64,000 nucleotides of DNA from Lama glama (taxonomy: Eukaryota). This document shows positions 12,601 to 25,935 of the stretch, piece by piece. The stretch's first letter is position 1, and each line of letters begins with the position of its first letter. The notes beneath the pieces were generated by a model. The model searched no databases. It saw nothing but the letters and a program-made list of their open reading frames with translations, and was not told the origin of the DNA. The position numbers and the translations under genes are program-made. The stretch lies in assembly GCA_028534125.1 (NCBI GenBank), contig CM052816.1:57786001-57850000 (forward strand), given 5' to 3'.

Positions 12601-14509
12601 ATTTTTTCTGTGCCCCACTTGCCCTTGATTTGGACCGTTAAGGAATAAAGTTCATGCCATACTTTTCATTCAGCACACATGCTCTGAGTACCTAGTATGC
12701 GTTAGGCACTGTGTTAGGATCTGGGAATTCAAGAACAGCAAGACCACGCCCCCAAGCATGTGAAAGAGCTGCTGGCACAGAGATAGCTCTGTATGTAGGG
12801 TATGGGGCTCAGCCAAGGGAGTAGTCAATTCTTTGTGGGTATGAGTGGGTCAGCTTGATGCTAGAGATAAGTCTTAAAAGGGATCAGGCCCATCCCCAGC
12901 TGTGCATGCATCAGTTCCTTCAGGCCTGGGAATAGGAGTGCGAGTTCAGTGATTCCTACAGAGAGCACCATCGTCATTACCTAGCTTTTGGTCTGAGTTT
13001 GGTGAAGCCAGGTGACACTTCACAGTATAGTCTGCTGACTAGAGCTATGGGGTCTAGAATCAGAAGACTCAAGTTTTATACCTTGTTTTTCCGCTAACCA
13101 CCTGTGTTACCTCTACATATACCTGGATTTTAGCTTCTATTAAATGGGCAGAAAGTAATAATTCCCTACATCATGGGGGGAGGGTAGTTGTGAGGCTCAA
13201 CCAAGGTAATAGATGTAAAACTACCAAAAGGTTCAAAGCTCTACTTTCAAGATGATCTGAAGTCATCAGCTAGTTCTTCCGCAACATATTTCTTACCTCT
13301 GCTGCCCTGCCTTGCTCTACCCTACCCTACAGACACAGAAGGGCCGTAATTTTACTTCATTTTCAAAAGTTTATATTTAGCCAGGGGGAAAAGAATCAAA
13401 GCCTCTGAGGTTGTTTGGTGTACAAGGCTGCCTCTGAAAAAATTTAAAGACACTTCAATTGTCTATCTGAATTCACAATGCTAAAAATATTGGATGATGG
13501 GGGATGGACAAAGAAAAAGAAATACAACATTCACAATTGTGATCTTCTGTCTGCTTTGTGCAGCTCTTTCAGGATGAACACAAGGCAGATGACACTTTCT
13601 GATTCTCACTGTTGCCATGCATTTCATTCACTGAGAAGTCAAGCACATTATTTTCTGGTGTGACAGTCCTGTGGTTTACTAGCATCACTGCGTAAGCAAA
13701 CGAGCAAGATTTTCCTGTGAACAGCCCTTCCATGTATGTGTAAACCACAGCATGCAGTTCCTCCCCGAAAAGGAGGAATGTGAAATATTCTTACCAGGAA
13801 CTGGATGCTTATGGGGTAGGACCCTAGACAAAGCTCAGCACCTCCTTCCCATATACGCCCTGGGCCCCATCGTCATCATCACAGACCAACAGACTAGGTA
13901 TTTCAGGTGAGTTAAAAATCCCCCAGAAATACTAATTATTTCAAATACACGTGAATCTATGGTATTATTCCTATGAATAATAACACAGGATGGTGTTCTC
14001 TTTTAGAATCAAGTCTCTTTCATTCCATTACTCTCTGTGTTCCAACGTTTGCCTGGACCCTTGGAACGCTAGCCCCACACTCTTTTAAGACTTTCTTTTA
14101 TTCCTTAGATGGGCCTTTTCCAACCAACCAAGAGTGTCATATCTATACAATGTTCTGACCTCGTGTACCCCTCAAAGGATGCTGGTAAATCTGCTGTAAT
14201 ACACGTCAAGTTTTGAAAACTCTTCTGCCCAAGGAGGCTCAACCAATTCTGGGATGAAATTTGGTAACCCTGGATTGGGAAGTGAAGATCACCTTGTTCT
14301 GTGGAAAACGAAAGAGGAATCGAAGCAAGGAAGCTAACGCTCTTTGTTCAGTTCCAGAACATCTACTGTCTCCTGTCCCCTCTAGCACTGCATGGACCAG
14401 TTGGCAGGGCCTGCCACATTTTATAAAATAATGGCTTTAAATGCTTCACTGTGGTTAGAAGAAGACATGTAACTATTACAAGTCCCTTATATTCTTCAGG
14501 AACTACTTT

Positions 14510-14878
14510 TTGTTTGTTTTTTAAATTAACACCTGGTAAAATTAAGGGACTTTCCAGGTTTGCAGCTTTATGAGTTTTAACGCATGTACAGATTCACATA
14601 ACTAGCACCAGAATCAGGATACGTAATAGTCCAGCACCCCCAAAACTCTCAGACTGTCCCTTCATAGTCACACCCTCCCCCACTCCAACCCCTGTCACCC
14701 CTAATCTGTTCTCACTGCAGTTTTACCTCTTCCAGAAAGTCACATAGATGGAACCAGACAGTATGTAACCTTCTGAACCTGTCCTCTTTCCCTCGGCATC
14801 ATGCCTCTGAAATTCATCCACGTTGTTGCCTTTATCAGCAGCTTATCCTTTTTTATGGCTGGGTAGGGTTCCATTGTC
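14510..14878 (-). mobile_element. L1 3' end fragment (L1MB/L1MC-like)
   Basis: T-rich tail followed by typical antisense 3'UTR phrases (CTAATCTGTTCTC, AAATTCATCCACGTTGTTG, TTTTTATGGCTGGGTAG). Confidence 0.7.
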
Positions 14879-15223
14879 CTAATGCATATTTAACTTAGCA
14901 TTTTACCAGTAGAGCACAGGTCCCATGAGTCCCTAGGGAGAAACGGCCCTTGGGTAGCCAAGTGAAGAAGTAGCTAAAGTTTATTCTTCAAATTCTCTGG
15001 TTACTTGTAACTGTGTTTACTTGTTCCCATGTAACTATGATTACTTGTCATAACCATGATGGGATGATCTTCTGGAGATGAAAAGGGACAGGCAGGTTTT
15101 ATTTTAGAGGCCTGAGCCTGAGCACCTTAGGCTTTCAAAAGCCCCCTCTATCCAGCATTTGCAGGTTATTAACATCTTTCAACTTCGAGTTGCCCAGTGT
15201 GTTTCTCTAGCACTGACGAATGT

Positions 15224-15432
15224 AGAAATTATCAATAGGGGGTGATATTGCCCCACGAGGGGACATTTAGCAACGTCTGGAGACATTTTTGGCTGTCACC
15301 CTTAGGGAACGCTACTGGCATCTTGTGGGGAAAGGCCCGGGATGCTACTAAAGCTCCTCCAACACACAGGACAGCGCCCACAACAAAGAATTTGGTCCAA
15401 CTTGTCACCAGTGCTGAGGTTGAGAAATCTTG
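15224..15432. mobile_element. MER20 (hAT-Charlie DNA transposon)
   Basis: GGGGACATTTAGCAACGTCTGGAGACATTTTTGGCTGTCAC ... GTGCTGAGGTTGAGAAATCTTG. Confidence 0.85.
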
Positions 15433-15789
15433 ATATGATGTATCCCAGACATCCCTTCAGAAAACACATTTTGTGTGTATTGTGTTGGACTAAAGACACC
15501 AGCAGGAAAGGGGTAGACTTTTTGAGAAGAATCATCATTTTCCTCCATATTTTAAACAGCCATCAAGGGAGTAAGAGTCAGAAAGATAAGGAGAGTGATT
15601 ATTCAAACCAATGAAGATTTGTTCAAACCCTCTTCAAACAACTCTCATATACCAAACAAGCTGTTGCTCCTGCAGATGACTATGGTTGGTTGCCCACCTC
15701 TGGACCAGTGCACGTTCTACTCTGCCTGCAACACCCTTCACGCTTCTCTTCACTTGGAGAAGTAACTCATCTTTAGGGATCACCGTCTC

Positions 15790-16359
15790 TTTTTTTTTTT
15801 TTTATTGAAGTATAGTTGATTTACAATATTGTATTAGTTTTGGGTGTACAGCATAGGGATTCAGTATTTTTACAGATTATACTCCATTAGAAGTTATTAC
15901 AAGGTAATTATAATTCCCTGTGTTATATAAGACATCCTTGTTGCTTATCTATTTTATATGAAGTAGCTTGTATCTCTTAATCCTGTACCCCTATCTTGCC
16001 CTCAGATAACCTCGTTTGTTTTCTATATCTGTGAATCTATTTCTATTTTTCATATACATCCTTCATATTACTTTTTAGATTCCACATATAAGTGATATCA
16101 TATGAGATTTGTCTTTCTCTGACTTATTTCACTAAGCATAATATTCTCTAGGTCCATCCACGTTGCAGCAAATGGCAGAGCTTCCTTCTTTTTTATGGCT
16201 GAGTAATTTTCCATTGTGTATATATACCCCATCTTTATCCCTTCGTCTGTTGATGGGCACTTGGGTTGCTTCCAAATCTTGGCTATTGGGATGCATGTAT
16301 CTTTTCAATTAGTGTTTTCATTTTTTTCTGGAAATATACCCAGGAGTGAAGTTGCTGGA
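15790..16359 (-). mobile_element. 5'-truncated L1 (artiodactyl-type 3' end)
   Basis: Poly(T) then TTTATTGAAGTATAGTTGATTTACAAT. Imperfect TSD AGGGATCACCGTC (15775-15787) / AGGAATCACCATC (16360-16372). Confidence 0.88.
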
Positions 16360-16574
16360 AGGAATCACCATCCTTGGCTGCCTTTGTCAGGCAGCTTTCT
16401 TTATGGCTCCCATGACACCTGCCCCTTGCCTGTAACACAACATTCTTCATAGCCCCTTTGAATTTGTTGGTTTCTCATCATTGTGGTATCCTCCACACAG
16501 AGTCCAACGCCTGGCACAAGTTGGTGCTCAGTGATTGTTGAATTAAAAATATTTCCTGGATGCATTTGGATACT

Positions 16575-17335
16575 CATTCATCTGTGTGTTCAGTGCTTTG
16601 ATAAATATTTACCAAGTACTTAGTAAGTGCCAGGCAATATTCTGAGTGCTGTAGATACAGGAGTGAGCAAAATAGACAAAGGCCTGGCCTCATGAGGCTT
16701 ACATTCCAGAGCAGGGTTGATAAGCTTTCTCTGTAAAAGGCCAGATAATAAATATTTTTGGCTTTGTTGACCATGCAGTCCCTATTGCAGCTACTCAGTT
16801 CTACAGTTGTAGTGTGAGAGCAGCCAAAGACAATATGTAAATGAGTGAGGGTGACTGTATCCCAGTAAATATTTACCAAAGTTGGCAGCAAGTGTGATTG
16901 GCCCTTAGGCTGTAGTGTGTCAATCTCTGTTCTAAAGAGAAGACAAATAATAAATAAATATAAAATTCAAGTAGTGAGTGCTTTTTTTAAAAGGCAGGAT
17001 AAAGGATATAGAAGAGGTGAGGTGGAGTTTGAATGAGGTGGTCAAGGAAGGCCTCCTGGAGGAGATGACATGTGATCAGACAGCTGAATGAAGTGAGGGA
17101 GCAAGCCAGAGGGAAGCCAGTGCAAAGGCCCTGGAGCAGGAATGTGTCTGGGGTTTTCTGGGATCAGTAACAAGGCCCCTGTAGCAGGAGTAATGCAAGT
17201 AAGGGGAGAGTGTGAGAGCTGAGGTTGGGGAGGTCAGGGGGCCAGATTATGTTACCACGTGGACTTGAAATTGTTTCTCAGTGCAATGGGAAACCCTCGG
17301 AAGCTTTGAGACAGGGAGTGACCTGTTCTGAGTTT
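16575..17335 (-). mobile_element. L2 fragment (interrupted by MER58A)
   Basis: CATTCAT...AAATATTTACCAAGTACT...GTGCCAGGC, GGCCTGGCCTCATGAGGCTTACATTC, GGTGGTCAAGGAAGGCCTC, GTGCAAAGGCCCTGGAGCAGGAA. Confidence 0.75.
16712..16929. mobile_element. MER58A (hAT-Charlie)
   Basis: CAGGGTTG...CTCTG termini, TGTAAAAGGCCAGATAATAAATATTTTTGGCTTTG; imperfect 8-bp TSD TTCCAGAG/TTCTAAAG. Confidence 0.85.
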
Positions 17336-18522
17336 TCACCATCAATCTGAAGGGGTCAAGGTGGCTTTTCACAGTCCCCACTTGTCCACCAAGAGGACCT
17401 GGGTGAATTAGGAAAAGGTGCATCTTTAAATTTCAGCTGACACTCAGCCCCCGTGTCAAGTGTCCCAGGTTGAGGTACAGCTCGCACAGCTGTACGTCAT
17501 GGTCCTTGGTCTTAAGTGCTGCTGAGGTTACTTAAGAAACTATAAATCAAATGGTATTCTTGAGACCTTCTAGGACTTTGATACATTTGGTATGCAAATT
17601 ATTGTCATTAAAGGCTTCTGGGCCCCAGCTGGGCAAATGAAAGGGCGCAGACTCTTAGGGGGATCCTTCCTTCTCCCCTGGAAGGAGTCTCAGCCAATTC
17701 CTGAGACCTTTCACCCCTCAGACAAGCACTTCCCCTTCTTCTTATTTTGAGGTAATGCAGGCCAGTATGGATGAGGAAAATAGGGCAGGGAGTTAGTAAA
17801 AAAGGCACCTTTCTAAGTTATGGAAACTTGTGTAAAAGGAACCTTGTGGCAATTATGATGGTTTTCATTTCCTATTCTTTGTTGAACCACAGGTTGCCAG
17901 GAAAGCCCTGTCACACATTTGCCTGCAGGTTAAATTTCTCAAAATCTGGGCCACAACAGCCTAGTAACAGCGAGGAATGTGAAACAAAGGTTCAAGCTTC
18001 ATTACTGTGCTGTTGTCGTCAGCAAGTAAATTTCTTCAGCAGCTTGATGTGGTTCTATTGGATTTGATTGGAACCAATCCAGTTGTGGGCTGCCTACTCA
18101 ATAGTTGGCTCTCCTTCCTTTTTACTTATTATTTGGGGCAGGTAGTCTGATAGACAAGGTGAAGATGTGAAAGGCATCTTCATCATTGTCATTAAGTACT
18201 TCAAGGTCTTCCAGAATAACCCTGGACAAACTCATCATGGACCAGCATCCTTTACTTGTCTATGTGCTTTTGGAGGTTTTGACACTAGGGATGAAAATGT
18301 GCTTCCCAAACAGTGTGGACTTTACTGAAAAGTGTTGTCAGCTGAGTCATCGTGAGCACCGTGGTTCATTCCTTTCACACTGTTGTCTTCATTAGGTGCA
18401 CAGTTTTCCCTAATCACACATACGTAGAGTCTTTGACTTCTTACTCAGAGGTTTGACTGAGCATCTTCTATTCATTCATCAGTTTCTAGGAATGAAAAAA
18501 GTGTGATCAATTCAAAAATAGA

Positions 18523-18710
18523 GGGGGAGGGTATGGCTCAGTGGTAGGGCCCATGCTTAGCATGCATGAGGTCCTGGGTTCAATCCCCAGTACCTCCATT
18601 GAAAAAATAAATAAATAAACCTCATTACCTCCCACCCCCACCCCCAAAATTTAAAAAGACTAAAAAATAAATAATAATAATAATAATAAAAGAAAATATT
18701 TAAAAAAAAT
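18523..18710 (+). mobile_element. tRNA-derived SINE (vic-1-like), long form
   Basis: GGGGGAGGGTATGGCTCAGTGGTAG...GAGGTCCTGGGTTCAATCCCCAGTACCTCC, then an extra AAACCTCATTACCTCCC segment and an (AAT)n/A-rich tail. Confidence 0.85.
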
Positions 18711-20065
18711 CGATAATCCTCTCCTAGCTGCTGTGGACAAAAGTAATTTGTTTGCCTCAACTTGAAATAATAAAGATAAAAGTGATAGTATAATATTATT
18801 AATTTTGTGTCAATAGGCATCTTCCAACCTATAATAGAGAACGAGAGATTGTTCCCAGAATTGAACTTTAAACTTAGATCTGAAGTTCATCATTGGGTCT
18901 GGAAATGTTGAACTGTCAAACATACTTTGTTATTTTTAAGTTGTCCTCTCTTTTTGCTAGGCAAAATGGATGCTTGCTAAATATTCTCTGTTGAACAAAC
19001 CTGGAAAGTTGAAATGTACCTTGGGTTGCAGTAAAAGACAGTTTTAGTTGGTTAATCCTGCTCATGCCCTGAGGGACTTAACTCACATCAAAGGCTGCAT
19101 AGGATGCTGGGCACAGAAGGCGTATTTGGGAAGCAGATGAGCAACTCCAAATGGCCCTGTTCCTATTCCACAGAGCATAGCCCGAGGGCAGCTGGTGAGG
19201 AAACCCGGTTTTTAGGCTTCTTACTTGCTTTTCTCAACTTGGCCTCTTCAGATATTCTCCCCTGAAATAAGAGTTTCTGCTAGGGAGAAAACAGGACTGA
19301 AAGCAAACCTCAAGTTTCTCCTAAGTTCCAGTAAAGCAGCCTCCACTCTGAGTCAGTGAGTGAAAGAGTGAGAACACAGGAAGCCAGACTCCGTCACCAA
19401 GGAGCCCGAAAAAGGGACCTAAAATATTTTTTTTCAAAGGGAGAAGCATTAACAAAATGATGGGGAAGACACAAAATAGAAGAACAGAGAAAGGAGAAAG
19501 GGGAAGTAGAATTCAAGAGGAAAAAATTCATGACATTGGTTTATTGAAGACTGAACAGAAGGCAAAATTGCACCCAACCTCCTCCAGCCCAGCATGTTTG
19601 CCAGAACCAACTCACAGACCTATTTGTCTGAGAATTTTCAAAATGAAGTCAAGAGATGTGCTCTTTGGAGGTAGCAGTGGTGTGCTGGTTACTGTTGTTT
19701 CCCCCTCTGTATCTATCCAGGCGTTTTGCATATAAAAGGATTACAACAGAGTGAAATGATCAATGATTTATAAGTTATGTCAACTCTTGCAAAGTGAGAT
19801 GTGAAATTCAGATGGTTTGGGAGGCAAAACTATTAAAAAACAGACCTGAATGATCCATATAAATAAAAGATTTATACTTTAGAGCCAGATCCATAGTTCA
19901 CTAAGTTCAGTATTTTGACTCTAGATGGTAACCAAGGCTGTGGACTGCCAGGTGTATAGGAATCCTGCACTGCCATCCATACCAATCAGTGTTCACTGGA
20001 TAACTGCTCAGCTCTCAAGGTTGTCCAGACAGATCTTGCAGGAGTGAGCTTCACACTGCCAATTC

Positions 20066-21300
20066 TTTTTTTTTTGATTGGAGTATAGTCAGTTACAATG
20101 TGTCAATTTCTGGTGTACAGCATAATGTCCCAGTCATGCATATATATACATATACTCATTTTCATATTCTTTTTCATTAAAGGTTATTACACGATATTGA
20201 ATATAGTTCCCTGTGCTATACAGTAGAAATTTGTTTTTTTAAACCTATTTTTATATAGTAGTTAATATTTGCAAATCTCAAATTCCCAAATTTATCCCTT
20301 CCCACCCCTTTTCCCCTGGTAACCATAAGATTGTTTACTATGTCTGTGAGTCTGTTTTTGTATTGTAGATGAGTTCATTAGTGTCCTCTTTTTTCTTTTA
20401 TTAGATTCCACATATAAGTGATATCATGTGGTATTTTTCTTTCTCTTTCTGGCTTACTTCACTTAGAATGATGATCTCTAGGTCCATCCATGTTGCTGCA
20501 AATTGCATTATTTTATTCTTTCTTATGGCTGAGTACTATTTCATGGTATAAATATACCACAACTTCTTTATCCAATCATCTGTCTATGGACACTTAGGTT
20601 GTTTCCGTGTCTTGGCTGTTGTACATAGTGCTGCTATGAACATTGGGGTGCATGTATCTTTTGGAGTTTTGGAGTTCCCTCTGGATATATGCCCAGGAGT
20701 GGGATTATTGGATCATTTGGTAAGTCTATTCCTAGTCTTTTGAGGAATCTCCATACTGTTTTCCATAATGGCTGCACCAAACTACATTCCCACCAATAGT
20801 GTAGGAGGGTTCCCTTTTCCCCACACCCTCTTCAGCATTTATTGTTCGTGGACTTTTTCTTTTTTTAAACATTTTTTATTGATTTATAATCATTTTACAA
20901 TGTTATGTCAAATTCCAGTGCAGAGCACAATTTTTCAGTTATACATGAACATTCATATATTCATTGTCACATTTTTTTCTCTGTGAGCTACCATAAGATC
21001 TTGTATATATTTCCCTGTGCTATACAGTATAATCTGTTTATCTATTGTACATTTTGAAATCCCAGTCTATCCCTTCCCACCCCCACCCATGGCAACCACA
21101 AGTTTGTATTCTATGTCTCTGAGTCTGTTTCTGTTTTGTATTTATGTTTTGTTTGTTTTTTAGATTCGTCTGTGGACTTTTGAATGATCTCCATTCTGAC
21201 TGGTGTGAGGTGATACCACATTGTAGTTTTGATATGCATTTCTCTGATAATTAGAGATACTGAGCATTTTTTCATGTGCCTATTGGCCATTTGTATGTCT
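20066..21300 (-). mobile_element. 5'-truncated L1 containing a nested L1 3' end
   Basis: Poly(T), 3'UTR and ORF2 C-terminal antisense phrases (GGCTGCACCAAACTACATTCCCACCAA; TGAGCATTTTTTCATGTGCCTATTGGCCATTTGTATGTCTT). Confidence 0.9.
20858..21171 (-). mobile_element. Nested short L1 3' fragment
   Basis: Second poly(T)/3'UTR flanked by TSD GTGGACTTTT (20848-20857 and 21172-21181). Confidence 0.85.
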
Positions 21301-22502
21301 TTACTTTACCACAGGCATCATGTCATAGTGAGGTTACCTCCACCTATCAGAGCACTGCCTTTACATGGCCCTCCTTCACCTCCACCATCCAAATGGGATA
21401 AAAGTTTGCTGACACAGCGTGTAGAGAGATTAGTTCTGGCCACTCAACTCCACGCTCCTAGAGGAGTTTGACCAAATGGCCATCAGCCAGGTGTTTGGGG
21501 ATTTTGTCATTTTATAAGTGAGATAAATCATAGAAAATATGTAGGGAATAGCATCTTCCGTAGGACTTCCCCCCAGGCCTTTTTTGGGGAACCTTTATCC
21601 CTGAGTTGCTGTGACTAAGCCATACCAACTCAGTGGGTTACATTTAGAGTAATTAACAGTTGGTTTCCTTCACCCGTATCAGTTGTTGTCAGATAGCCAG
21701 TCGCACAGAATCTCCTCCAGGTACTTTTGGAGGGTCCCAAGAGTTACTTATGAATACTCTTGAGCGAGGGCTCTGCCATTCTCCTCCTCCAGGGCTCTGG
21801 TCTCTGTTAGTGATATCTTTCACCAGCCCCTGAGAATCCCAACCCCTGAGCCTGTTACAATAATTAGTACTCTGTGAAGTCTCAGTGTACCTTAAAGTTT
21901 CGTGATAATGAAAACTTTATCTTTGACCTATTCCTGGAAATGGGCAGTGATAAATCCCAGGATACCAAAGTCCCCCTCACTTAAATGGAGAAAGTTCCAA
22001 GACTTAGTACCTTCCTTGATAGTGTTCGAAGAGGTAGTCAGGTTGCTTAAATTTGATGGATTTGAGTAGGGTAGAAAGACAATAGAAATAATTAAAAGCC
22101 GAATTCCTTTTCACTTCTCTCACATACCAATGTGATTTTAGTAAATAAAGGCAAACATTTCGTTGTTTTCCTTCTTAAGAGGAAACTCTTTCCTAAGTGA
22201 GACTAGGACCTTCTTTTTTCCTTCATGAGGAGCTGTTCTATGTGTTTCTCATGCACACACACATACTTGCATTGGTTTATTATCTGTAGAGGATCATCCT
22301 CACTGTTTTCTCTTTTCTAAAATCATCCTTTCTACACTGGATAATTTTTAATCTGAATGAAGGCAATATTCTGTATCTTCTCTAAAGACTATCTACTGCT
22401 ACGATTCCTGTCCAGCTTGCAATGTGGACCTCTGTTGTCTCTGAATTCCAGAAATGGAAGATGCTTCTAAAAACTAGCACCTCTTAAAAATGGTGACTCT
22501 GG

Positions 22503-22516
22503 GCGCCCTCTGCTGT
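22503..22516 (-). promoter_or_regulatory. Candidate CTCF motif
   Basis: ACAGCAGAGGGCGC versus core consensus CCASYAGRKGGCRS (one mismatch); CpG retained. Confidence 0.6.
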
Positions 22517-22777
22517 TTACTCTTAAGTTCTTCAGCTCTATCCTAATAGAGGAAAGCACAAAGCCGGCCAGGGATCACTGGAGAAAAACCCGAGACCTAC
22601 ACACACACACATTTATGTCTGTGTAAGTGTATTTGTGTGTGTATAAAATATGAGTGCATAACATATGCATATATATGTATATATGTGTAGGCATGTATAG
22701 TTTAACTTTTTTGCTCAAAGGCCCCTTTGACGTTCTGCTCAATCAACAGTATAAACCACGTCTCCTAAAAGGGTGGA

Positions 22778-22833
22778 CATGCGCATGCGCGCGCACACGC
22801 GCGCACACACACACACACGCGCGCTCGCGCACA
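22778..22833. repeat. Alternating purine-pyrimidine (CG/CA)n microsatellite
   Basis: acatgcgcatgcgcgcgcacacgcgcgcacacacacacacacgcgcgctcgcgcaca read directly. Confidence 0.9.
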
Positions 22834-24438
22834 GCCACCATTTGGGCAGGGATGTAGAGACGGAGTAAGAAACTTGAGTTCTGGCATCAGACTACCTGTG
22901 CTCACCGACTGTTTCTTCATCTGTGAAATGGGGTAACAGTACCACGTGAGGTTTTCCTGAGGACTAAGTGAGATACTGTATATAACGTGCTTGCAGAAAG
23001 TCTGACAAATGGTGAGTCTTACTATGCTTTTTTATTTCTTTTATGAACTGAATCATGCAGAGCCCTTTTGTTGCTGTTGTTGAATTCCCTGTCACCTGAG
23101 CACCAATGTATCCGAAAAACCCCGATTGTATTCCTGTTGAGTTGCCTGGTTCTCTCCTGGCTTCTCCGTGAGCCTGTCGGTGAAGGGCATTCGTGTTGAA
23201 TTACCTTTGGACGTGCGTATGGTTATCCTGCATCTGCTACAATCAGAACATACTCCTTAAACTACCTGATATTAATCCAGTAATTTCCAGCCATGAAACT
23301 GAAGGTCACTCGAATCCTCTTGAACTTGATGGGCATGTAACATGTCCCCCTGGGGTGCAGTAGGATCCAGACCCACCAGGAGGTTCTGCTGCTTGGTTGC
23401 CAGGCATGTGACTCGCACTCATGAATTCAAAGTCGAATCCAGTTGTAGAGCTGTCACTTGGTGGGAGGTTACGCCTTCCTTCTTTGTGATGTCACTTGTA
23501 ATTTGACAGGATGATCTTGCTGCCTGGGGGTGAGGGAGACTTGGGGGATTAAGAGACGTGGTAACACTGGGCTCTTCTAGGTGAGCAGCTTGGCCTGACT
23601 TGGGGCAGGAGAAAGGAATCAGGGAATATGAAGGATGTAACCATCACCAATCTGGCCACGTGTTTCCCAGGAAGGCCTGCAGGTGACATACCAGGATTCC
23701 CTGACGCCTTCGGGCTGACGCAGGCTCCTGGTGCATTTTCCTCTCAGAGCCTAGTTAAATGAGGCCTTCTCCAGTCCCAACGCACCCAGCTTTGGAGGAT
23801 TTCAGCTGCAGGGCAGTGATTAGCAGCCAAGCATGGGGTTCTTTTTTCCCTCTGAGCCTTCTTTCCCCAACCCCACCTGTGATCACTGGTAACTGTGCCT
23901 CTGAGGCCCTTGGAGGCAGCAGCCCTCAGAAGAAGGATCACCTGAGCAAGGTGGGCAGCTGGGTGGGGTATGAGGTTGGAAGTTTCACCTGGAAGTTATG
24001 ACTTCCTCCTACTCCCCCTGCCCCGTGATCACTCCTGCCTCAGATTAGCTGTGCTTGGAAGTCCAGGGGGTACCTACCCCATGGAAGATACAGGCTTGGG
24101 CTGGTGAGTTATTGCACTGGTCGGCCCACGCCCCCTTCCCCAGCATTCCCCTTCTCCAAGCCTGGGCTCTGTCATCTGTAAAACTGGGATAGAAAGAGCG
24201 ACCGGTTTGTCAGAAAGTTGTGAAATACTTAGAGCAAGTCATGGCAGACTGTCCATATTAACTAAAACCTGCCATTAATTAGTTCATTCTTTCAAAGATA
24301 TTAAGGCCCAGTTATATGTACATGTGTTATGCTACATGGGCACTTTGGGGTCATTCAAGATAAATGTAGAATACCTCATCTTTCAGAAGACACCAGATAC
24401 ACTTTAGAAAGTTGCTTAACAACACAGGGCAGCATACT

Positions 24439-24882
24439 TGTTGACTGAAAAAAAGCACAACCTAAAAGTTGAGAATTATGTTTTATTCAGTGGACTTTCT
24501 GAGGATTTAAGTCTGGGAGGCAGCCTCTCAGATAGGCTTGAGGGACTTCTCCGAAGAGGTAAGGGAGGAGTCAGGATATATAGGAGGTTTTGCAACAAAA
24601 AAATCAGGTAGTCGGAACATCAAAAGATTACTGTTAATTAAAGAAAACCAGACACCTCAAGTTAATGGATTTAATGCTTTTCTACTTATGGGAAGGTATA
24701 GGAGTCTGGGCTCTTTGAAATCATTTCTTTGCTATGCACCTGAACTATCTAGGGCCAGTATCTTGCTTTTTTCATCCTGAATCCTCTCAGGGTGCACAGT
24801 CAGAGGCAGCTGCAGTGGCTGATGGCTTGATGGCCCAACATTCTTTGTTTACTGATATTGTGGGCAACAATCTTCGTACGTA
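24439..24882 (-). mobile_element. ERV1 solo LTR (MER41-like, Laurasiatheria type)
   Basis: Exact 4-bp TSD TACT (24435-24438 / 24883-24886). On the - strand TATATA (~24577-24582) precedes AATAAA (24482-24487) and terminal TCAACA. Family name from recall. Confidence 0.75.
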
Positions 24883-25935
24883 TACTTTGTGTGTCAAAAT
24901 GAGTGATGTAGACAATTGTGCTGTGAAAGACCAAAGTCCTCCTCTTTTGTGTGTGTGTGTATGTGTGTGTGCGTGCATGTGTATGGGTGCACACACCACT
25001 TATTATCTATGCCACAGGGTGAAATGAGTATCCCCCCCACCCCTAGACTGATCATTTATGTCAGTTGTGGTCATGTGGTCATTTTTGCAGTTATCCATTT
25101 AATGTCTGTTCCTCCGGCAGAATGCAAACTCCTTGAGGACAGAGGGCATTTTTAATCCCCTTGTTTTTAACTCCACGTTAATGAATAAAAAGTATTTCAA
25201 TCAGAATTACACCAATGTCATTCAGTTTTTGTTCAGAAGATATTTTTGAAGCAATGCCATTTAATCCAGCTTAATTCCTTGATTAATTTTCTGTGCAATA
25301 CAGTCAAATAATTTCCTTCTTAAAAATCTTTTTATTTTTCTTTTCTGAACTATTTCCATTGGGATCCATTCACAATGATTTGGTTCACCACATACTTTTC
25401 ATGCATAATTCATATCAGACTTTACTAATCATAGCTTCTGCCATTGTGATTTTTTTAAATGGCTATTTTATCTACTGAGTTTTAATTTTCCCAAGTAACT
25501 TTTTTCCACAGAAGAAATGTTATAATGTAAATTTGAATCTTTGGTTAGTTTTGTCAAGCCCTGTGTCATTTTGCCACGTGTTGTCCTAGTTTATAAGAAT
25601 AGATGTTTAATTTGAAAACACTAAGTAGGTATGTTTTTCATTGATCTTAAATCAGAATGGTGCCCTGGGACTCCTGATTCAATGAATACCGTGTAGGGCT
25701 TGGGTTGGGGTGGGTCGACATCTGAGTAAGGGTCCTTATGAGCAGAGGCAAATGGCGGAGGCACAGAGCTTAGCGGTGGGTGCCAGCATGGCCTTAGCAG
25801 ATACCTGCTCAGGAGTCAGGGACAAGGCTGCACTACCCTGCTCTTCCCTCCTCACAGCAGAGAGCAGAGGACCCAGAGAGTGCATCTGAAGTCTGAGCCT
25901 CCCGTGTACATAAAGAAACACAGATTCCTCCAACA

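Noticed and set aside
21301..22090. Possible ERVL gag remnant or pseudo-exon on the - strand
   Set aside because: Only faint peptide resemblance across frameshifts, and the putative acceptor lacks AG. Cannot be supported without a search.
23331..23348. p53-like GGGCATGTAACATGTCCC
   Set aside because: The CATG cores are 3 bp apart instead of the canonical 6, so the half-sites overlap.
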